DNA of 64,000 nt from assembly GCF_009914755.1 (NCBI RefSeq), contig NC_060928.1; one strand, 5' to 3'. Of the stretch, positions 29,701 through 53,489 are shown piece after piece. Origin of the DNA: the human T2T-CHM13v2.0 reference genome, Homo sapiens. The notes under the pieces are model-generated. The model searched no databases. It was given only the letters and a program-made list of their open reading frames with translations, and was not told where the DNA came from. Positions within the stretch are counted from its first letter, which is position 1, and every line of letters begins with the position of its first letter. A program made the translations under genes and the position numbers.

Positions 29701-32700
29701 GGAAACATTCCTTTAGTAGAATCTGCAAGTTGATATTTAGATAGCTTTGAAGATTTCGTTGGAAACGGGAATATCTTCATAAAAAATCTAGACGGAAGCA
29801 TTGTCAGAAACTGCTTTGTGATGTTTGCATTCAAGTCACAGAGTTAAATATTCTTTTATAGAGCACGTTTGAAACACTCTTTCTGCACTCCCTGGAAGTG
29901 GAGATTTCGAGCGCTTTGAGGCCTATGGTGAAAAAGGAAATATCTTCCCATAAAAACTAGACGGAAGCCTTCTCAGAAACTTGTTTGAGATGTGTGTATT
30001 CAACTAACAGCGTTGAACATTTCTTTTTACAGAGCAGTTTTAAAACACTCTTTTTGTGGAATCTGAAAGTGGATAATTGGATAGCTTTGTGGATTTCGTT
30101 GGAAACGGGATGACGTATAAAATCTAGAGAGAAGCATTCTCAGGAACTTCTTTCTGATGTTTGCATTCAAGTCACAGAATTGAACATTCCTTTTCATAGT
30201 GCAGGTTTGAAACACTCTTTCTGTAGTATCTGGAAGTGGACATTTCAAGCGCTTTCAGGCCTATGGGGAGAAAGGAAATATCTTCAAATAAAAACTAGAC
30301 AGAAGGATTCTCAGAAACTTATTGGTGATGTGTGTCCTAAACGAACACAGTTGAACCTTTGTTTTGATACAGCAGTTTGGAAACACTCCCTTTGTAGAAT
30401 CTGCAGGTGGATATTTGGATAGATTTTAAGATTTCGTTGGAAACGGGAATTTCTTCATATAAACTCAAGACAGATGCATTCTCCGAAACTTCTCTGTGAT
30501 GTTTGCATTCCACTCATAGAGTTGAAAACTTCCTTTCATAGAGCAGGTTTGAAACACTCTTTTTGTAATATTTGGAAGTGGACATTTGCAGCGCTTTGAG
30601 GCCTATGGTGAAAAAGGAAATATCTTCTCATGAAAACCAGAAACAAGCATTCTCAGAAACTTCTTTTTGATGTGTGTACTCAAGCAACAGAGTTGAACCT
30701 TCCTTTTGACACAGCAGTTTTGAAACAATCTTTTTGTAGAATCTGCAAGTGGATATTTGGATAGCTTTGAGGATTTCGTTGGAAAAGGGATATCTTCATA
30801 TAAAACCTAGACAGAAGCATTCTCAGAAACTTCTTTGTGCTGTATGTCCTCAATTAACAGAGTTGAACCATTGCTTGGATACAGCATTTTGGAAACATTC
30901 CTTTAGTAGAATCTGCAAGTTGATATTTAGATAGATTTGAAGATTTCGTTGGAAACGGGAATATCTTCATATAAAATCTAGACGGAGGCATTCTCAGAAA
31001 CTGCTTTGTGATGTTTCCATTCAAGTCACAGAGTTGAATATTCTCTTTTAAAGAGCACGTTTGAAACACTCTTTCTGCACTATCTGGAAGTGGACATTTC
31101 GAGCGCTTTGAGGCCTATGGTGAAAAAGCAATTATCTTCCCATAAAAACTAGACAGAAGCATTCTCAGAAACTTGTTTGTGATGTGTGTATTCAACTAAC
31201 GGACTTGAACTTTTGTTTTTACAGAGCAGTTTTAAGACAATCTTTTTGTGGAATCAGAAAGTGGATATTCGGATGGCTTTGAGGATTTCGTTGGAAGCGG
31301 GATTACATATAAAATCTAGAGAGAAGCATTCTCAGGAACTACTTTGTGATGTTTGCATTGAAGTCACAGAATTGAACATTCACTTTGATAGAGCAGGTTT
31401 GAAACACTCATTCTGTAGTATCTGGAAGTGTACATTTCAAGCGCTTTCAGGCCTATGGGGAGAAAGGAAATATCTTCAAATAAAAACTAGACAGAAGGAT
31501 TCTCAGAAACTTATTGGTGATGTGTGTCCTAAACGAACACAGTTGAACCTTTGTTTTGATACAGCATTTTGGAAACACTCCCTTTGTAGAATCTGCAGGT
31601 GGATATTTGGATAGCTTTTAAGATTTCGTTGGAAACGGGAATTTCTTTATATAAACTCAAGACAGATGCATTCTCCGAAACTTCTCTGTGATGTTTGCAT
31701 TCCACTCATAGAGTTGAAAACTTCCTTTCATAGAGCAGGTTTGAAACACTCTTTTTGTAATATTTGGAAGTGGACATTTGCAGCGCTTTGAGGCCTATGG
31801 TGAAAAAGGAAATATCTTCTCATGAAAACCAGAAACAAGCATTCTCAGAAACTTCTTTTTGATGTGTGTACTCAAGTAACAGAGTTGAACCTTCCTTTTG
31901 ACACAGCAGTTTTGAAACAATCTTTTTGTAGAATCTGCAAGTGGATATTTGGATAGCTTTGAGGATTTCGTTGGAAAAGGGATATCTTCATATAAAACCT
32001 AGACAGAAGCATTCTCAGAAACTTCTTTGTGCTGTATGTCCTCAATTAACAGAGTTGAACCATTGCTTGGATACAGCATTTTGGAAACATTCCTTTAGTA
32101 GAATCTGCAAGTTGATATTTAGATAGATTTGAAGATTTCGTTGGAAACGGGAATATCTTCATATAAAATCTAGACGGAGGCATTCTCAGAAACTGCTTTG
32201 TGATGTTTCCATTCAAGTCACAGAGTTGAATATTCTCTTTTATAGAGCACGTTTGAAACACTCTTTCTGCACTATCTGGAAGTGGACATTTCGAGCGCTT
32301 TGAGGCCTATGGTGAAAAAGGAAATATCTTCCCATAAAAACTAGACAGAAGCATTCTCAGAAACTTGTTTGTGATGTGTGTATTCAACTAACGGACTTGA
32401 ACTTTTGTTTTTACAGAGCAGTTTTAAGACAATCTTTTTGTGGAATCAGAAAGTGGATATTCGGATGGCTTTGAGGATTTCGTTGGAAGCGGGATTACAT
32501 ATAAAATCTAGAGAGAAGCATTCTCAGGAACTACTTTGTGATGTTTGCATTGAAGTCACAGAATTGAACATTCACTTTGATAGAGCAGGTTTGAAACACT
32601 CATTCTGTAGTATCTGGAAGTGTACATTTCAAGCGCTTTCAGGCCTATGGGGAGAAAGGAAATATCTTCGAATAAAAACTAGACAGAAGCATCCTCAGAA

Positions 32701-35700
32701 ACTTATTTGTGATGTGTGTCCTCAACTAACAGAGTTGAAACTTTGTTTTGATACAGCATTTTGGAAACACTCTTTTTGTAGAATCTGCAGGTGGATATTT
32801 GGATAGCTTAGAGGGATTCGTTGGAAAGGGGATATCTTCATATAAAATCTAGACAGAAGCATTCTCAGAAACTTATTTGTGATGTGTGTCCTCAACTAAC
32901 AGAGTTTAACCTTGGTTTTGATACAGCATTTTGGAAACACTCCTTTTGTAGAATCTGCAGGTGGATATGTGGATAGCTCTGAAGATTTCGTTGGAAACGG
33001 GAATTTCTTCATATAAAATCAAACAGAAGCATTCTCAGAAACTTCTCTGTGATGTTTGCATTCAGCTCATGGAGTTGAACACTTCCTTTCATGGAGCAGC
33101 TTTGAAACACTCTTTCTGCACTACCAGGAAGTGGACATTTCGAGCGCTTTGAGGCCTATGGTGAAAAAGGAAATATCTTCTCATAAAAACCAGAAAGAAG
33201 CGTTCTCAGAAACTTCTTTGTGTTGTGTGTACTCATGTAACAGTGTTGAACCATCCTTTTGACAGAGCAGTTTTGAAACACTCTTTTTGCAGAATCTGCA
33301 AGTGGATATTTGGATAGCTTTGAGGATTTCGTTGGAAACGGGTTATCTTCATATTAAATCTAGACAGAAGCATTCTCAGAAACTTCTTTGTGCTGTATGT
33401 CCTCAATTCACAGAGTTGAACGTTTGTTTGGATACAGCATTTTGGAAACAGTCCTTTAGTAGAATCTGCAAGTTGATATTTAGATAGCTTTGAAGATTTC
33501 GTTGGAAACGGGAATATCTTCATAAAAAATCTAGACGGAAGCATTGTCAGAAACTGCTTTGTGATGTTTGCATTCAAGTCACAGAGTTAAATATTCTTTT
33601 ATAGAGCTCGTTTGAAACACTCTTTCTGCACTCCCTGGAAGTGGAGATTTCGAGCGCTTTGAGGCCTATGGTGAAAAAGGAAATATCTTCCCATAAAAAC
33701 TAGACGGAAGCCTTCTCAGAAACTTGTTTGAGATGTGTGTATTCAACTAAGAGCGTTGAACATTTCTTTTTACAGAGCAGTTTTAAAACACTCTTTTTGT
33801 GGAATCTGAAAGTGGATAATTGGATAGCTTTGTGGATTTCGTTGGAAACGGGATGACGTATAAAATCTAGAGAGAAGCATTCTCAGGAACTTCTTTCTGA
33901 TGTTTGCATTCAAGTCACAGAATTGAACATTCCTTTTCATAGTGCAGGTTTGAAACACTCTTTCTGTAGTATCTGGAAGTGGACATTTCAAGCGCTTTCA
34001 GGCCTATGGGGAGAAAGTAAATATCTTGAAATAAAAACTAGACAGAAGGATTCTCAGAAACTTATTGGTGATGTGTGTCCTAAACGAACACAGTTGAACC
34101 TCTGTTTTGATACAGCGTTTTGGATACACTCCTTTTGTCGAATCTGCAGGTGTATATTTGGATAGATTTTAAGATTTCGTTGGAAACGGGAATTTCTTCA
34201 TATAAACTCAAGACAGATGCATTCTCAGAAACTTCTCTGTGATGTGTGCATTCCACTCATAGAGTTAAAAACTTCCTTTCATAGAGCAGGTTTGAAACAC
34301 TCTTTTTGTAATATTTGGAAGTGGACATTTGCAGCGCTTTGAGGCCTATGGTGAAAAAGGAAATATCTTCTCATAAAAACCAGAAACAAGCATTCTCAGA
34401 AACTTCTTTTTGATGTGTGTACTCAAGTAACAGAGTTGAACCTTCCTTTTGACACAGCAGTTTTGAAACAATCTTTTTGTAGAATCTGCAAGTGGATATT
34501 TGGATAGCTTTGAGGATTTCGTTGGAAACGGGATATCTTCATACAAAACCTAGACAGAAGCATTCTCAGAAACTTCTTTGTGCTGTATGTCCTCAATTAA
34601 CAGAGTTGAACCATTGCTTGGATACAGCATTTTGGAAACATTCCTTTAATAGAATCTGCAAGTTGATATTTAGATAGATTTGAAGATTTCGTTGGAAACG
34701 GGAATATCTTCATATAAAATCTAGACGGAGGCATTCTCAGAAACTGCTTTGTGATGTTTCCATTCAAGTCACAGAGTTGAATATTCTCTTTAATAGAGCA
34801 CGTTTGAAACACTCTTTCTGCACTATCTGGAAGTGGACATTTCGAGCGCTTTGAGGCCTATGGTGAAAAAGGAAATATCTTCCCATAAAAACTAGACAGA
34901 AGCATTCTCAGAAACTTGTTTGTGATGTGTGTATTCAACTAACAGACTTGGACTTTTGTTTTTACAGAGCAGTTTTAAGACAATCTTTTTGTGGAATCAG
35001 AAAGTGGATATTCGGATGGCTTTGAGGATTTCGTTGGAAGCGGGATTACATATAAAATCTAGAGAGAAGCATTCTCAGGAACTACTTTGTGATGTTTGCA
35101 TTGAAGTCACAGAATTGAACATTCACTTTGATAGAGCTGGTTTGAAACACTCATTCTGTAGTATCTGGAAGTGGACATTTCAAGCGCTTTCAGGCCTATG
35201 GGGAGAAAGGAAATATCTTCAAATAAAAACTAGAGAGAAGCATCCTCAGAAACTTATTTGTGATGTGTGTCCTCAACTAACAGAGTTGAAACTTTGTTTT
35301 GATACAGCATTTTGGAAACACTCTTTTTGTAGAATCTGCAGGTGGATATTTGGATAGCTTAGAGGGATTCGTTGGGAAGGGGATATTTTCATATAAAATC
35401 TAGACAGAAGCATTCTCAGAAACTTATTTGTGATGTGTGTCCTCAACTAACAGAGTTGAACCTTGGTTTTTATACAGCATTTTGGAAACACTCCTTTTGT
35501 AGAATCTGCAGGTGGATATGTGGATAGCTTTGAAGATTTCGTTGGAAACGGGAATTTCTTCATATAAAATCAAACAGAAGCATTCTCAGAAACTTCTCTG
35601 TGATGTTTGCATTCAGCTCATGGAGTTGAACACTTCCTTTCATAGAGCAGGTTTGAAACACACTTTCTGCACTACCAGGAAGTGGACATTTCGAGCGCTT

Positions 35701-38700
35701 TGAGGCCTATGGTGAAAAAGGAAATATCTTCTCATAAAAACCAGAAAGAAGCGTTCTCAGAAACTTCTTTGTGTTGTGTGTACTCATGTAACAGTGTTGA
35801 ACCATCCTTTTGACAGAGCAGTTTTGAAACACTCTTTTTGTAGAATCTGCAAGTGGATATTTGGATAGCTTTGAGGATTTCGTTGGAAACGGGTTATCTT
35901 CATATTAAATCTAGACAGAAGCATTCTCAGAAACTTCTTTGTGCTGTATGTCCTCAATTCACAGAGTTGAACCTTTGTTTGGATACAGCATTTTGGAAAC
36001 ATTCCTTTAGTAGAATCTGCAAGTTGATATTTAGATAGCTTTGAAGATTTCGTTGGAAACGGGAATATCTTCATAAAAAATCTAGACGGAAGCATTGTCA
36101 GAAACTGCTTTGTGATGTTTGCATTCAAGTCACAGAGTTAGATATTCTTTTATAGAGCACGTTTGAAACACTCTTTCTGCACTCCCTGGAAGTGGAGATT
36201 TCGAGCGCTTTGAGGCCTATGGTGAAAAAGGAAATATCTTCCCATAAAAACTAGACGGAAGCCTTCTCAGAAACTTGTTTGAGATGTGTGTATTCAACTA
36301 AGAGCGTTGAACATTTCTTTTTACAGAGCAGTTTTAAAACACTCTTTTTGTGGAATCTGAAAGTGGATAATTGGATAGCTTTGTGGATTTCGTTGGAAAT
36401 GGGATGACGTATAAAATCTAGAGAGAAGCATTCTCAGGAACTTCTTTCTGATGTTTGCATTCAAGTCACAGAATTGAACATTCCTTTTCATAGTGCAGGT
36501 TTGAAACACTCTTTCTGTAGTATCTGGAAGTGGACATTTCAAGCGCTTTCAGGCCTATGGGGAGAAAGGAAATATCTTCAAATAAAAACTAGACAGAAGG
36601 ATTCTCAGAAACTTATTGGTGATGTGTGTCCTAAACGAACACAGTTGAACCTTTGTTTTGATACAGCAGTTTGGAAACACTCCCTTTGTAGAATCTGCAG
36701 GTGGATATTTGGATAGATTTTAAGATTTCGTTGGAAACGGGAATTTCTTCATATAAACTCAAGACAGATGCATTCTCCGAAACTTCTCTGTGATGTTTGC
36801 ATTCCACTCATAGAGTTGAAAACTTCCTTTCATAGAGCAGGTTTGAAACACTCTTTTTGTAATATTTGGAAGTGGACATTTGCAGCGCTTTGAGGCCTAT
36901 GGTGAAAAAGGAAATATCTTCTCATGAAAACCAGAAACAAGCATTCTCAGAAACTTCTTTTTGATGTGTGTACTCAAGTAACAGAGTTGAACCTTCCTTT
37001 TGACACAGCAGTTTTGAAACAATCTTTTTGTAGAATCTGCAAGTGGATATTTGGATAGCTTTGAGGATTTCGTTGGAAAAGGGATATCTTCATATAAAAC
37101 CTAGACAGAAGCATTCTCAGAAACTTCTTTGTGCTGTATGTCCTCAATTAACAGAGTTGAACCATTGCTTGGATACAGCATTTTGGAAACATTCCTTTAG
37201 TAGAATCTGCAAGTTGATATTTAGATAGATTTGAAGATTTCGTTGGAAACGGGAATATCTTCATATAAAATCTAGACGGAGGCATTCTCAGAAACTGCTT
37301 TGTGATGTTTCCATTCAAGTCACAGAGTTGAATATTCTCTTTTATAGAGCACGTTTGAAACACTCTTTCTGCACTATCTGGAAGTGGACATTTCGAGCGC
37401 TTTGAGGCCTATGGTGAAAAAGGAAATATCTTCCCATAAAAACTAGACAGAAGCATTCTCAGAAACTTGTTTGTGATGTGTGTATTCAACTAACGGACTT
37501 GAACTTTTGTTTTTACAGAGCAGTTTTAAGACAATCTTTTTGTGGAATCAGAAAGTGGATATTCGGATGGCTTTGAGGATTTCGTTGGAAGCGGGATTAC
37601 ATATAAAATCTAGAGAGAAGCATTCTCAGGAACTACTTTGTGATGTTTGCATTGAAGTCACAGAATTGAACATTCACTTTGATAGAGCAGGTTTGAAACA
37701 CTCATTCTGTAGTATCTGGAAGTGTACATTTCAAGCGCTTTCAGGCCTATGGGGAGAAAGGAAATATCTTCAAATAAAAACTAGACAGAAGCATCCTCAG
37801 AAACTTATTTGTGATGTGTGTCCTCAACTAACAGAGTTGAAACTTTGTTTTGATACAGCATTTTGGAAACACTCTTTTTGTAGAATCTGCAGGTGGATAT
37901 TTGGATAGCTTAGAGGGATTCGTTGGAAAGGGGATATCTTCATATAAAATCTAGACAGAAGCATTCTCAGAAACTTATTTGTGATGTGTGTCCTCAACTA
38001 ACAGAGTTTAACCTTGGTTTTGATACAGCATTTTGGAAACACTCCTTTTGTAGAATCTGCAGGTGGATATGTGGATAGCTTTGAAGATTTCGTTGGAAAC
38101 GGGAATTTCTTCATATAAAATCAAACAGAAGCATTCTCAGAAACTTCTCTGTGATGTTTGCATTCAGCTCATGGAGTTGAACACTTCCTTTCATGGAGCA
38201 GCTGTGAAACACACTTTCTGCACTACCAGGAATTGGACATTTCGAGCGCTTTGAGTCCTATGGTGAAAAAGGAAATATCTTCTCATAAAAACCAGAAAGA
38301 AGCGTTCTCAGAAACTTCTTTGTGTTGTGTGTACTCATGTAACAGTGTTGAACCATCCTTTTGACAGAGCAGTTTTGAAACACTCTTTTTGCAGAATCTG
38401 CAAGTGGATATTTGGATAGCTTTGAGGATTTCGTTGGAAACGGGTTATCTTCATATTAAATCTAGACAGAAGAATTCTCAGAAACTTCTTTGTGCTGTAT
38501 CTCCTCAATTCACAGAGTTGAACGTTTGTTTGGATACAGCATTTTGGAAACAGTCCTGTAGTAGAATCTGCAAGTTGATATTTAGATAGCTTTGAAGATT
38601 TCGTTGGAAACGGGAATATCTTCATAAAAAATCTAGACGGAAGCATTGTCAGAAACTGCTTTGTGATGTTTGCATTCAAGTCACAGAGTTAAATATTCTT

Positions 38701-41700
38701 TTATAGAGCACGTTTGAAACACTCTTTCTGCACTCCCTGGAAGTGGAGATTTCGAGCGCTTTGAGGCCTATGGTGAAAAAGGAAATATCTTCCCATAAAA
38801 AATAGACGGAAGCCTTCTCAGAAACTTGTTTGAGATGTGTGTATTCAACTAAGAGCGTTGAACATTTCTTTTTACAGAGCAGTTTTAAAACACTCTTTTT
38901 GTGGAATCTGAAAGTGGATAATTGGATAGCTTTGTGGATTTCGTTGGAAACGGGATAACGTATAAAATCTAGAGAGAAGCATTCTCAGGAACTTCTTTCT
39001 GATGTTTGCATTCAAGTCACAGAATTGAACATTCCTTTTCATAGTGCAGGTTTGAAACACTCTTTCTGTACTATCTGGAAGTGGACATTTCAAGCGCTTT
39101 CAGGCCTATGGGGAGAAAGGAAATATCTTGAAATAAAAACTAGACAGAAGGATTCTCAGAAACTTATTGGTGATGTGTGTCCTAAACGAACACAGTTGAA
39201 CCTCTGTTTTGATACAGCGTTTTGGATACACTCCTTTTGTCGAATCTGCAGGTGGATATTTGGATAGATTTTAAGATTTCGTTGGAAACGGGAATTTCTT
39301 CATATAAACTCAAGACAGATGCATTCTCAGAAACTTCTCTGTGATGTGTGCATTCCACTCATAGAGTTGAAAACTTCCTTTCATAGAGCAGGTTTGAAAC
39401 ACTCTTTTTGTAATATTTGGAAGTGGACATTTGCAGCGCTTTGAGGCCTATGGTGAAAAAGGAAATATCTTCTCATAAAAACCAGAAACAAGCATTCTCA
39501 GAAACTTCTTTTTGATGTGTGTACTCAAGTAACAGAGTTGAACCTTCCTTTTGACACAGCAGTTTTGAAACAATCTTTTTGTAGAATCTGCAAGTGGATA
39601 TTTGGATAGCTTTGAGGATTTCGTTGGAAACGGGATATCTTCATACAAAACCTAGACAGAAGCATTCTCAGAAACTTCTTTGTGCTGTATGTCCTCAATT
39701 AACAGAGTTGAACCATTGCTTGGATACAGCATTTTGGAAACATTCCTTTAATAGAATCTGCAAGTTGATATTTAGATAGATTTGAAGATTGCGTTGGAAA
39801 CGGGAATATCTTCATATAAAATCTAGACGGAGGCATTCTCAGAAACTGCTTTGTGATGTTTCCATTCAAGTCACAGAGTTGAATATTCTCCTTAATAGAG
39901 CACGTTTGAAACACTCTTTCTGCACTATCTGGAAGTGGACATTTCGAGCGCTTTGAGGCCTATGGTGAAAAAGGAAATATCTTCCCATAAAAACTAGACA
40001 GAAGCATTCTCAGAAACTTGTTTGTGATGTGTGTATTCAACTAACAGACTTGGACTTTTGTTTTTACAGAGCAGTTTTAAGACAATCTTTTTGTGGAATC
40101 AGAAAGTGGATATTCGGATGGCTTTGAGGATTTCGTTGGAAGCGGGATTACATATAAAATCTAGAGAGAAGCATTCTCAGGAACTACTTTGTGATGTTTG
40201 CATTGAAGTCACAGAATTGAATATTCACTTTGATAGAGCTGGTTTGAAACACTCATTCTGTAGTATCTGGAAGTGTACATTTCAAGCGCTTTCAGGCCTA
40301 TGGGGAGAAAGGAAATATCTTCAAATAAAAACTAGACAGAAGCATCCTCAGAAACTTATTTGTGATGTGTGTCCTCAACTAACAGAGTTGAAACTTTGTT
40401 TTGATACATCATTTTGGAAACACTCTTTTTGTAGAATCTGCAGGTGGATATTTGGATAGCTTAGAGGGATTCGTTGGGAAGGGGATATCTTCATATAAAA
40501 GCTAGACAGAAGCATTCTCAGAAACTTATTTGTGATGTGTGTCCTCAACTAACAGAGTTGAACCTTGGTTTTTATACAGCATTTTGGAAACACTCCTTTT
40601 GTAGAATCTGCAGGTGGATATGTGGATAGATTTGAAGATTTCGTTGGAAACGGGAATTTCTTCATATAAAATCAAACAGAAGCATTCTCAGAAACTTCTC
40701 TGTGATGTTTGCATTCAGCTCATGGAGTTGAACACTTCCTTTCATAGAGCAGGTTTGAAACACTCTTTCTGCACTACCAGGAAGTGGACATTTCGAGCGC
40801 TTTGAGGCCTATGGTGAAAAAGGAAATATCTTCTCATAAAAACCAGAAAGAAGCGTTCTCAGAAACTTCTTTGTGTTGTGTGTACTCATGTAACAGTGTT
40901 GAACCATCCTTTTGACAGAGCAGTTTTGAAACACTCTTTTTGTAGAATCTGCAAGTGGATATTTGAATAGCTTTGAGGATTTCGTTGGAAACGGGTTATC
41001 TTCATATTAAATCTAGACAGAAGCATTCTCAGAAACTTCTTTGTGCTGTATGTCCTCAATTCACAGAGTTGAACGTTTGTTTGGATACAGCATTTTGGAA
41101 ACATTCCTTTAGTAGAATCTGCAAGTTGATATTTAGATAGCTTTGAAGATTTCTTTGGAAACGGGAATATCTTCATAAAAAATCTAGACGGAAGCATTGT
41201 CAGAAACTGCTTTGTGATGTTTGCATTGAAGTCACAGATTTAAATATTCTTTTATAGAGCAGGTTTGAAACACTCTTTCTGCACTCCCTGGAAGTGGAGA
41301 TTTCGAGCGCTTTGAGGCCTATGGTGAAAAAGGAAATATCTTCCCATAAAAACTAGACGGAAGCCTTCTCAGAAACTTGTTTGAGATGTGTGTATTCAAC
41401 TAAGAGCGTTGAACATTTCTTTTTACAGAGCAGTTTTAAAACACTCTTTTTGTGGAATCTGAAAGTGGATAATTGGATAGCTCTGTGGATTTCGTTGGAA
41501 ACGGGATGACGTATAAAATCTAGAGAGAAGCATTCTCAGGAACTTCTTTCTGATGTTTGCATTCAAGTCACAGAATTGAACATTCCTTTTCATAGTGCAG
41601 GTTTGAAACACTCTTTCTGTAGTATCTGGAAGTGGATATTTCAAGCGCTTTCAGGCCTATGGGGAGAAAGGAAATATCTTCAAATAAAAACTAGACAGAA

Positions 41701-41799
41701 GGATTCTCAGAAACTTATTGGTGATGTGTGTCCTAAACGAACACAGTTGAACCTTTGTTTTGATACAGCGTTTTGGAAACACGCCTTTTGTAGAATCTG

Positions 41800-41800
<1 letters not shown>
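2770..41800 (+). repeat. Homogeneous 15-monomer HOR domain, unit 2551 bp (2550 bp in some copies)
   Basis: The same ORF-track marker recurs at 4520, 7071, 9622, 12173, 14724, 17275, 19825, 22376, 24926, 27477, 30027, 33770, 36321, 38872 and 41423: steps of 2551/2550, with one step of 3743 = 2551+1192. In the unit 4460-7010 I count 15 monomers in the order B A B A B B A | B A B B A B B A. Confidence 0.96.
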
Positions 41801-53216
<11,416 letters not shown>

Positions 53217-53479
53217 ACAATGAGATCACATGGACACAGGAAGGGGAATATCACACTCTGGGGACTGTGGAGGGGTCGGGGGAGGGGGGAGGGAGAGCAT
53301 TGGGAGATATACCTAATGCTAGATGACACGTTAGCGGGTGCAGCGCACCAGCATGGCACATGTATACATATGTAACTAACCTGCACAATGTGCAAATGTA
53401 CCCTAAAACTTAGAGTATAATAAAAAAAAAAAATTTTCAAAAAAAAAAAAAAAAATCTCAAAAAAAAAAAAAAAAAAAA
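53217..53479 (+). other. L1 3' UTR with G-rich tract, AATAAA (53419-53424) and compound poly(A) tail
   Basis: G-tract at 53260-53293; the tail reads A12-TTTTC-A17-TCTC-A20. Confidence 0.92.
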
Positions 53480-53489
53480 CACTCTTATT
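53476..53489 (+). repeat. Right target-site duplication AAAACACTCTTATT
   Basis: Follows the poly(A); the alpha monomer resumes in register (GTGGAATCTGAAAGTGG). Confidence 0.93.

Noticed and set aside
53260-53293. G-quadruplex-prone tract
   Set aside because: A standard feature of the L1HS 3' UTR; nothing locus-specific.
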